Positions 57,419 through 64,000 of a stretch of DNA of 64,000 bases are shown in pieces. Source of the DNA: Candidatus Gastranaerophilales bacterium HUM_1 (GTDB lineage Bacteria > Cyanobacteriota > Vampirovibrionia > Gastranaerophilales > Gastranaerophilaceae); the NCBI GenBank assembly GCA_002103105.1, contig DAAY01000004.1, forward strand, positions 27,746 to 91,745, in the 5' to 3' direction. A program made the position numbers and the translations under genes. The notes below the pieces were generated by a model. The model did no database searches. It saw only the letters and a list, made by a program, of their open reading frames with translations, and was not told the DNA's origin. Within the stretch, counting starts at the first letter, position 1; the number at the start of each line of letters is the position of its first letter.

Positions 57419-57449
57419 ATAGTGGAGATGTAATCTCCACTATTTTTTT
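57419..57449 (+). terminator. intrinsic terminator of the pilin gene
   Basis: ATAGTGGAGAT-gta-ATCTCCACTAT followed by T6. Confidence 0.75.
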
Positions 57450-57494
57450 GTAATTATGAGCTTTAATGTTTTTTTTAGAACTTGTTCAACATCA

Positions 57495-57971
57495 TTCCTC
57501 CCCTAGGGGGAGGCTAGGAGAGGGGTTGATTTTATAAATATACTCATCTCAAATTTTTATCATTCCAAACAAATCCAACTTGTTTTATATTTAATTTTAT
57601 TCTACTCATGACCTCTATTCAGAATAACCCTCTCCCTCCCCCTCTCCCTTGGAGAGGGGTTGAACAGAACAAGAAATATGTTGAAGAATTAAATACTCAA
57701 TGGTCCACCTCACCCTTCCCTCTCCTCAAGGAGAGGGATATTGCTTCTTCTCCCTTTGAAAGATGTCATTTCATCATTGTTCCTTCCTCTCCGAGGGAGA
57801 GGGGATATTTGTTTATTCACCTGAAAAAGAAGTATCAACCCAAAATGCAAATACGTTATTCTGAGCGAAGCAAAAAAAACCAAGCCTAACGTGCTCAACA
57901 AAACCCTCCATTCGAACCTTCAGCCTTGAGATTTTCCCTCTCCTTGAGGAGAGGGGGTAGGGGTGAGGTGG
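57495..57971. repeat. mosaic hairpin-module array R3, forming the 3' flank of the DUF559 gene
   Basis: Module B at 57495-57529, CCCCTCTCC-ctt-GGAGAGGGG near 57640, C-A at 57662-57737, an extra hairpin module of about 65 bp, a D unit at about 57819-57930, and inverted A at 57936-57971. Confidence 0.85.
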
Positions 57972-57996
57972 AATCTCTTACGCATTTTACATTAAC

Positions 57997-58341
57997 CTAC
58001 TTATCCCCAAACACTTCTTGCAAATGCAAATATACACCCTCAAAATTATTATCTATTTCATTATTCCAAAACCTTATAACCCTAAATCCTTTTGATTGTA
58101 AATATTTTGTTCTTTCATTATCTAATTCTATCTCTTCTGGTTCGTTATGCTGGCCTCCATCAATCTCTATGATTACTTTGTATTCTAGACACACAAAATC
58201 AACAATATAATCTCCAATATTATATTGCCTTTTAAATTTTAACCCTTGAAAGTTTCTATTTCTCAATAAAGACCAGAGTTTTAACTCTTGTTTTGTTTGG
58301 TTTTGGCGTAATTTTTGAATAAGGAACTTATATTTATTCAT
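57997..58341 (-). CDS. DUF559 endonuclease-domain protein (Vsr / PD-(D/E)xK-like fold)
   Basis: QELKLWSLLRNRNFQGLKFKRQYNIGDYIVDFVCLEYKVIIEIDGGQHNEPEEIELDNERTKYLQSKGFRVIRFWNNEI is the DUF559 pattern. Start set to ATG 58341 (the track start 58347 is a TTG). TAG stop at 57997-57999. Confidence 0.8.
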   Translation of the reverse strand: MNKYKFLIQKLRQNQTKQELKLWSLLRNRNFQGLKFKRQYNIGDYIVDFVCLEYKVIIEIDGGQHNEPEEIELDNERTKYLQSKGFRVIRFWNNEIDNNFEGVYLHLQEVFGDK

Positions 58342-58388
58342 AGCCAAATTTTAACATAAAGAAACTTAAATTCTTTGCGTTTAATTAT

Positions 58389-58765
58389 CCACCTCACCTA
58401 ACCTCTCCTCAAGGAGAGGGATATTGCGTATTCTCTCTTTGGAAAGTGCCATCTCTTCTTTGTACCTTATTCTCCTTTGGGAAAGAACTATTTATACCTT
58501 CTCCCGAGGGAGAAGGTTAGGATGAGGGGTTGAATAGAACAAGGAGTACGTTGAAGAATTAAATACCCAATGGTACACCTCACCCTTCCCTCTCCTCAAG
58601 GAGAGGGATATTGCGTATTCTCTCTTTGGAAAGTGTCATCTCTCCTTTGTACCTTGTTCTCCTTTTGGAAAGTGTCATCTCTCCTTTGTACCTTGTTCTC
58701 CTTTTGGAAAGAACTATTTATACCTTCTCCCGAGGGAGAGGTTAGGTGAGGGATATTTATTTCTT
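58389..58765. repeat. mosaic hairpin-module array R4, forming the 5' flank of the DUF559 gene
   Basis: Module A at 58389-58420 and 58576-58607, module C at 58532-58573, CTTCTCCCGAGGGAGAAGGTTAGGATGAGGGG at about 58498, and a 39-bp tandem duplication GGAAAGTGTCATCTCTCCTTTGTACCTTGTTCTCCTTTT at about 58628-58705. Confidence 0.85.
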
Positions 58766-58849
58766 CACGAAAGATTATTCTTTACATCTTTTCAAAAAAA
58801 TGAATTTGATGTATAATACTATCAAGCTTTGTTTAAAAAGGAGAAAGAA

Positions 58850-59692
58850 ATGGGATATAAAATTTTATCTAAAAAAGAAATCTGTCCGAACCAATTTGAA
58901 ATCTCTATCGATGCACCTTATGTCGTTAGAAACGCTCAAGCTGGACAATTCATAATTTTCAGAGTTGAAGAAGAAGGCGAAAGAGTTCCTCTTACTATCG
59001 CTGATGTTGATAAAGAAAACGGAATTCTTACTATCGTTTATATGGCAGTAGGTCATTCTACTAAAAAACTTGCTCAACTTGAAGTTGGAGATGAACTTCT
59101 TGACATCGTTGGACCTCTTGGAAAACCAACTGATATTAAAAAATATGGTACTGCCGTTTGTGTTGCTGGTGGTTACGGTGCTGCACCTTGTTATCTAATC
59201 TCTAAAGCTCTTAAAGATGCTGGTAACAAAGTTTACATGATTGCAGGTGCAAGAACTAAAGACTTATTATTCTGGGAAGATAAAATGAAAGATGCTTGTA
59301 CTGAATTATACCTAACAACTGATGATGGCTCTTATGGTATTAAAGGTTTTGGTACAACAGTTCTTCAAGAAATTATCGACAGAGAAAAAGTTGACTACGT
59401 AATTGCTGTTGGTCCTATGCCAATGATGAGAGCAGTTGCAAACCTTACAAAAGACAAAGGTATCTACACTGAAGCTAGCATGAACCCTATTATGGTTGAT
59501 GGTACTGGAATGTGCGGAGCTTGCAGAGTTACTGTTGGCGGTGAAACAAAATTCGCTTGCGTTGATGGCCCAGACTTTGATGCTCACAAAATCGATTTTG
59601 ATGAAGTTATTAACAGAACAAGAATTTACAAAGACCAAGAACGCAAACGTTGCGAAGGTTGTAACTTGTTAAAACAAGCAGAGAAAGTATAG
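58850..59692 (+). CDS. sulfide/dihydroorotate dehydrogenase-like FAD/NAD-binding protein (NfnA / PyrK-like, 2Fe-2S)
   Basis: Start moved to MGYKILSKKE (AAGGAGAAA RBS). FIIFRV..GERVPLTIAD, VAGGYGAAPCY, and the C-terminal MVDGTGMCGACRVTVGGETKFACVDGP cluster. Confidence 0.8.
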   Translation: MGYKILSKKEICPNQFEISIDAPYVVRNAQAGQFIIFRVEEEGERVPLTIADVDKENGILTIVYMAVGHSTKKLAQLEVGDELLDIVGPLGKPTDIKKYGTAVCVAGGYGAAPCYLISKALKDAGNKVYMIAGARTKDLLFWEDKMKDACTELYLTTDDGSYGIKGFGTTVLQEIIDREKVDYVIAVGPMPMMRAVANLTKDKGIYTEASMNPIMVDGTGMCGACRVTVGGETKFACVDGPDFDAHKIDFDEVINRTRIYKDQERKRCEGCNLLKQAEKV

Positions 59693-59706
59693 GAGAATAG
59701 GTAATT

Positions 59707-59898
59707 ATGGGTAAAAATGATATTCCTGTATGTCCATTAGTTAGTATCGGTTCTGGTATCGATATGGTTTGCAGTCAGACAAAATGTGCTTGGTATGTTC
59801 CAAGTGTTCAAAAATGTTCTATGTATTTGTTAGCTTACAATGCATTATTAGATGCTAATGCTAAGCAAAGAGCAGCTAAACAACAGCAACAACACTAA
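59707..59898 (+). CDS. small Cys-containing hypothetical protein, 63 aa
   Basis: TAGGAG RBS. Four Cys (C9, C22, C27, C37) and a Gln/Ala/Lys tail. Fills the gap between the NfnA-like gene and etfB. Confidence 0.35.
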   Translation: MGKNDIPVCPLVSIGSGIDMVCSQTKCAWYVPSVQKCSMYLLAYNALLDANAKQRAAKQQQQH

Positions 59899-59907
59899 TT
59901 GGTATAT

Positions 59908-60708
59908 ATGAAAATAGCGTTATGTATAAAACAAGTTCCAGATACCACGGATATTCGTTGGACGGAACATAATACAATTCAAAGAGAAGGGGTTGAGAGT
60001 ATAATCAATCCTTTCGACGTTTACGCAACAGAATTTTGTTTGAAAATAAAGAAACTTCATCCTAATACGGAAATTACTGCTTTCACAATGGGACCAGCTC
60101 AAGCAGAATCAATGTTACGTAAAGTTATGGCTTTAGGGGTTGATAATGCAGTTTTAATCTCTGATAAAAAATTTGCAGGCTCTGACACCTACGCAACTGG
60201 TTTGACAATTTCCAGAGCTATACGAACTGCATTACCCGATTTCGATTTGATTGTATGTGGACAATTTGCAGTAGATGGAGATACAGCACAAACTGGACCA
60301 AATATTGCAAACTTCTTAAATCTTCCGCAAGTTACTTTTGTAAAAGATTTTAAGTCGTTAGAAAACAAAAATCTAACAATCTCAAGAGAAATGGAAGATG
60401 GTATTGAAACCGTTAGGGTTGAACTTCCAGCTTTAGTTTGTGTTATGCAAAATAATTTTGAACCTCAAAGACCAAAAATTAACGGAATAATTTCTGCAAA
60501 TAAAAAAGAAATTAAAAAATTATCAATGGAAGATATTGGGTTGTCGCCAGAAAAAACAGGACTTAAAGGTTCTCCAACATACGTTAGCAAAGCGTTCAGA
60601 AACATTACAACACACAATGCACAAAAATTTAAAATGAATCTTGCTGACAGTGTTAATCTTTTAGAAGAAAAATTAAAATCTTTGGAGGTTCTAAATAATG
60701 CCGAATAA
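59908..60708 (+). CDS. etfB: electron transfer flavoprotein, beta subunit
   Basis: MKIALCIKQVPDT..., INPFD, LISDKKFAGSDTYATG, CGQFAVDGDTAQTGP. Start moved to ATG 59908. Confidence 0.85.
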   Translation: MKIALCIKQVPDTTDIRWTEHNTIQREGVESIINPFDVYATEFCLKIKKLHPNTEITAFTMGPAQAESMLRKVMALGVDNAVLISDKKFAGSDTYATGLTISRAIRTALPDFDLIVCGQFAVDGDTAQTGPNIANFLNLPQVTFVKDFKSLENKNLTISREMEDGIETVRVELPALVCVMQNNFEPQRPKINGIISANKKEIKKLSMEDIGLSPEKTGLKGSPTYVSKAFRNITTHNAQKFKMNLADSVNLLEEKLKSLEVLNNAE

Positions 60709-61702
60709 TGAAAACTCTGGAATTTTAATTTATGCACAACTCACAAGAGAAGAATACATTCACACCGTATTTTTTGAGCTAGTGGATAAAGCAAAAGAAT
60801 TAGCTCAAAAACTCAGAGGAACTGAAGTTAAAGCCGTTTTAATTTCTCGTCCACATTTGATTGACTCATTCAAAGAATCTTTTCAAAATATGGGATTAAG
60901 CAAGGTTTATTACTTTGAATCTGAAGAATTAAAAGAATATTCAACCGAATATCACTCAAAACTAATTGTTGATTTAGTTCAAAATATTAAACCCGAAATT
61001 TTACTAATCGGAGCAACTAATCAAGGGCGAGATTTAGCTCCCAGAGTTGCCAGTGCATTGGGAACAGGTTTAACGGCGGACTGTACAGGATTAGATATTA
61101 ATGAAAAAGGACAACTTGCAGCCACTCGACCAACTTTCGGAGGTCAACTTATGGCAACAATCCTTTGCAAAAATTACCCACAGATGGCTACCGTAAGACC
61201 TAATGTATTTAAAGTTAACTCTGTATCAGACCAAGCAAATACTGAATTTATTCCTTGCCCTACCAATATTATAGGAATGAAAAAACACATTCAATTATTA
61301 TCATTCCAACGCACGGTTGAAAATGTTATAAATGACTTAGATAGTGCTGAAATTATTGTTGCAGGAGGAAAAGGACTAAAAAATTCAAAAGGTTTTGAAT
61401 TATTAAAAGATTTTGCAGACTCTTTGGGAGGTACAATCGCAGCAACAAGAGGAGCAGTAGAAATGGGGCTTGCAACTCCAACGATTCAAGTTGGTCAAAC
61501 TGGGAAAACAGTACACCCGAAAGTTTATATAGCTTGTGCGATTTCTGGAGCAATTCAACACACCGTAGGAATGACTGATTCCGATTATATTATTGCTATT
61601 AATAACGATGAATCAGCCCCTATTTTTGATATTGCGGATTGTGGTATTGTTGGAGATGTTTTTGAAATTTTGCCAGAATTTATCAAAAGAAATCGAAAAT
61701 AA
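60698..61702 (+). CDS. etfA: electron transfer flavoprotein, alpha subunit
   Basis: GRDLAPRVASALGTGLTADCT, IVAGGKGL, PKVYIACAISGAIQHTVGM, IIAINNDESAPIF. 11-nt overlap with etfB. Confidence 0.85.
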   Translation: MPNNENSGILIYAQLTREEYIHTVFFELVDKAKELAQKLRGTEVKAVLISRPHLIDSFKESFQNMGLSKVYYFESEELKEYSTEYHSKLIVDLVQNIKPEILLIGATNQGRDLAPRVASALGTGLTADCTGLDINEKGQLAATRPTFGGQLMATILCKNYPQMATVRPNVFKVNSVSDQANTEFIPCPTNIIGMKKHIQLLSFQRTVENVINDLDSAEIIVAGGKGLKNSKGFELLKDFADSLGGTIAATRGAVEMGLATPTIQVGQTGKTVHPKVYIACAISGAIQHTVGMTDSDYIIAINNDESAPIFDIADCGIVGDVFEILPEFIKRNRK

Positions 61703-61750
61703 ATACCTTTTTAACTTGCAACAACAACCTAAAAAAAGTATAATAGAACT

Positions 61751-62728
61751 ATGATAAAAATAAGAAGATTAACGTGTTTTGACCATCCAAAATTAAAAAA
61801 GCTTATTTCGTATCTCTGCACAGACGACAACGACAAATTGGCAAAATCATTAGCAGAAGAACCAATTGGATTTCTTAATGCAATGTTGCCGTTAAAACTT
61901 AAGTTTAAATCTGAATCATTTATTTTGATAGATAAACACGAAATTCTAGGGCTAATTACAACAGTTCGAACTCCAGGAAACCCATATAAAATAAATATTA
62001 CAAGACTCATTTTTAAAGACAATATGTACGAAATCGGGAAAGGTCTTGTTAAATATATTATGGAAAAATTTGGAGAAAAAGGAGCAACGTCTTTTACTGT
62101 AACAATTGATGAATGCCACGATGAATTATTTAATCTTTTTATAAATGGTTGTGGTTTTAGGCAATGTGCATCAGAAACATTGTGGAAAATAGAAAAACCA
62201 ACACCTCAAAAACCTCATCTACACTGGCGATATGCTCAAAATTCTGATTCAAAAGATATTGCACAAATGTATAATGATGAAGTTTTAAATATTTATAAAC
62301 CATCACTTATTAGACAGCCCCAAGAATTTCAAGCTCCAATTTTTGGAGGTTTTTGTGATTATTATAAAACAAGATATTTAATTGAAGAATGCGAAAAAAT
62401 TCTCGGATATTTTTCAATTACAACAAGCGATAATCTGAATTATATTCTAGATATTACAACCAACAGCGGTTACGACTTTGAATATTCCGAAATAATAAAT
62501 GTTATGCTATGTGAAATTGCGAGAAAAAAACGTGCTTTTTATCCACTAGTAAAACAAAAAAAATATATTAAAAATGCTGATAAATTAGGAGAATATTTAA
62601 AATCTCAAAATTATAACCCTATCCAAACACAACAAATTTTAGTCAAAGATTATTACAAGCCAGTGAAAGAAGAAGCTTCTGATTGGAAAGTTTTCATCCT
62701 AGGGGAAAACCAAATCACAACGAATTAG
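61751..62728 (+). CDS. hypothetical protein with an N-terminal GNAT-like segment
   Basis: ILGLITTVRTPGNPYKINITRLIFKDNMYEIGKGLVKYIMEKFGEKGATSFTVTIDECHDELFNLFINGCGFRQ loosely follows the acetyltransferase beta4-alpha3-beta5 pattern. Confidence 0.4.
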   Translation: MIKIRRLTCFDHPKLKKLISYLCTDDNDKLAKSLAEEPIGFLNAMLPLKLKFKSESFILIDKHEILGLITTVRTPGNPYKINITRLIFKDNMYEIGKGLVKYIMEKFGEKGATSFTVTIDECHDELFNLFINGCGFRQCASETLWKIEKPTPQKPHLHWRYAQNSDSKDIAQMYNDEVLNIYKPSLIRQPQEFQAPIFGGFCDYYKTRYLIEECEKILGYFSITTSDNLNYILDITTNSGYDFEYSEIINVMLCEIARKKRAFYPLVKQKKYIKNADKLGEYLKSQNYNPIQTQQILVKDYYKPVKEEASDWKVFILGENQITTN

Positions 62729-62790
62729 TATCCGACAACTAGCAATAAAAACCTCTTCGTGATACCATAATGTGATAGAAAGAAATCGAG

Positions 62791-63822
62791 GTGGATATGG
62801 ATAATCTAAAAATTTATCTTGATAAAGATATTAATCAAGAGCTTATTAAGTCTAAAAAAATTGCGGTAATTGGATTTGGTTCTCAAGGCTACGGGCAATC
62901 AATGAACCTTAAAGATTCTGGATGTGATGTTGTTTTAGGACTTAGATTAGGCGGTAAATCAGACGAGAAAGCAAAAAAATACGGTTTTAAAACAATGTCA
63001 ATTGAAGATGCCGTAAAATATGCTGACATTGTTCAAATTCTAATTCCTGATGAATTACAAGCCGAAGTTTACGAAAAACAAATCAAACCAAACATGAGAG
63101 CTGGACAATATTTAATGTTTTCTCACGGATTTAATATTCACTACAAAAAAATTGTTGCACCTAAGGATATTAACGTAATTATGGTTGCCCCTAAAGGTCC
63201 AGGACATACTGTTAGAAGCCAATATGTTGAAGGAAAAGGTGTACCTTCTTTAATTGCTATCTACCAAGACCCAACAGGTGATTCTAAAGAAGTATCTTTG
63301 TCATATGCATCTGCAATTGGAGCTGGCAGAGCAGGAATTATTGAAACTACTTTTAAAGAGGAAACAGAAACAGATTTATTTGGAGAACAAGCTGTAATCT
63401 GCGGAGGTGTTTCAGCCTTGATGAAAGCTGGTTTTGAAGTTTTAACAGAAGCTGGATATTCTCCATATATGGCATACTTTGAAGTTCTACACGAAATGAA
63501 ATTAATTATTGACCTTGTAAATCAAGGCGGTTTAGCTGATATGAGATATTCAATTTCTAATACCGCTGAATATGGTGATATGACTAGAGGTCCAAAAGTT
63601 ATAGGTGAAGCATCGAAAAACGCAATGAGAGAAATCTTGAAAGAAATTCAATCAGGAAAATTTGCAGATGAATTTACGAATGAAATGCACTCTGGTTGCG
63701 AAACATTCAATAAATTGAGAAAAGAAAATGCAAACCACCCAATAGAAAAAGTCGGAGAAGAAATTCGTTCTTCTTTCGTTTGGGGCAATGATGACAAAAT
63801 TATAGATAGAAACAAAAACTAA
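62791..63822 (+). CDS. ilvC: ketol-acid reductoisomerase
   Basis: KIAVIGFGSQGYGQSMNLKDSG, FSHGFNIHY, MVAPKGPGHTVR, LFGEQAVICGG. The start is either GTG 62791 or ATG 62797. Confidence 0.9.
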   Translation: MDMDNLKIYLDKDINQELIKSKKIAVIGFGSQGYGQSMNLKDSGCDVVLGLRLGGKSDEKAKKYGFKTMSIEDAVKYADIVQILIPDELQAEVYEKQIKPNMRAGQYLMFSHGFNIHYKKIVAPKDINVIMVAPKGPGHTVRSQYVEGKGVPSLIAIYQDPTGDSKEVSLSYASAIGAGRAGIIETTFKEETETDLFGEQAVICGGVSALMKAGFEVLTEAGYSPYMAYFEVLHEMKLIIDLVNQGGLADMRYSISNTAEYGDMTRGPKVIGEASKNAMREILKEIQSGKFADEFTNEMHSGCETFNKLRKENANHPIEKVGEEIRSSFVWGNDDKIIDRNKN

Positions 63823-63861
63823 GACTTTCACTAACTTGAAATTATTATAAAGGAAGAAAAA

Positions 63862-64000
63862 ATGTTCAATACAGAAGATACATACGAAGTTGTTATATTT
63901 TCAATCGGAGACACAAAAGCTGGGACTAAAATGGGTAAATTACAGCTCAAAAATACAGTAGATAATTCCGTTTTAAACTGTATTTTATGGGAAGAAACAC
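63862..64000 (+). CDS. 5' part of a gene running off the window (possibly an OB-fold/YhaM-like protein)
   Basis: AAGGAAG RBS. MFNTEDTYEVVIFSIGDTKAGTKMGKLQLKNTVDNSVLNCILWEET resembles the N-terminal OB fold of YhaM-type proteins, but only 46 codons are visible. Confidence 0.3.
   Translation, partial: MFNTEDTYEVVIFSIGDTKAGTKMGKLQLKNTVDNSVLNCILWEET

Noticed and set aside
57608-58210. Track ORFs 57608-57889(+), 57710-57901(-) and 57926-58210(+) as genes
   Set aside because: The first two lie within array R3 and read through modules A, C and D. The third is antisense to the well-supported DUF559 gene.
55178-58765. Repeat arrays as a CRISPR locus
   Set aside because: The units are mosaics of several different modules with variable order and orientation. 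There is no constant repeat length or unique-spacer periodicity, and no cas genes or leader.

Overview
This is a visibly AT-rich (GC not computed), densely coded 64-kb chromosomal segment. I count about 65 protein genes and one tRNA. I saw no rRNA, no CRISPR array, and no integrase, transposase or phage genes.

Most of the window is housekeeping:
- pcrA, tRNA-Leu(CAG), tsaC, mnmE and the class II ribonucleotide reductase nrdJ
- an Opp/Dpp-type ABC importer without ATPase genes, and an MgtC-like gene
- pyrH-frr-cdsA-rnc-rpe, cdd, and rpsU (57 aa, absent from the supplied ORF track)
- a four-subunit 2-oxoacid:ferredoxin oxidoreductase (delta-alpha-beta-gamma order)
- a GlcD-like FAD oxidase, gltX, rsmH plus an FtsL-like gene, and maf
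- a NarL-type response regulator and a GH13-like enzyme
- an NfnA/PyrK-like flavoprotein followed by etfBA, then ilvC

Likely source organism (inference only): a non-photosynthetic cyanobacterial relative, such as a Melainabacteria/Gastranaerophilales-like gut organism. This rests on two prepilin-type proteins starting (A/G)FTLAEVLIT(I/L)GIIGVVAAMTIP, a Pmp-repeat autotransporter and fermentative redox genes.

The stand-out region is 55.2-58.8 kb.
- Four mosaic arrays of GC-rich hairpin modules (core CCCTCTCC-N3-4-GGAGAGGG) surround a highly expressed-looking pilin gene and a DUF559 (Vsr/PD-(D/E)xK-like) endonuclease gene.
- The DUF559 gene is framed by about 32-bp inverted module copies.
- A gene-less partial duplicate of its 3' flank, plus its last 13 codons, lies 2.2 kb away.
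- Solo copies of a related 33-nt element occur at 9.8 kb and 48.05 kb.
- I read this as a REP/BIME-like repeat family with a DUF559 nuclease in the position a RAYT transposase normally occupies. This is a hypothesis, not a demonstrated system.

Other points worth a second look:
- a tRNA-Leu 3'-end duplication (att-like scar) next to an autotransporter with a tail beyond its beta-signal
- a BlaI-like repressor operon that ends in a secreted serpin-like protein and has no BlaR1 sensor
- a 1965-aa acidic coiled-coil protein translationally coupled to the GlcD-like gene
- a GAF protein whose HD-GYP motifs are all degenerate
- an NfnA-like/small Cys protein/EtfBA cluster without a dehydrogenase partner

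All functional calls come from motif recognition by eye. No searches were run.
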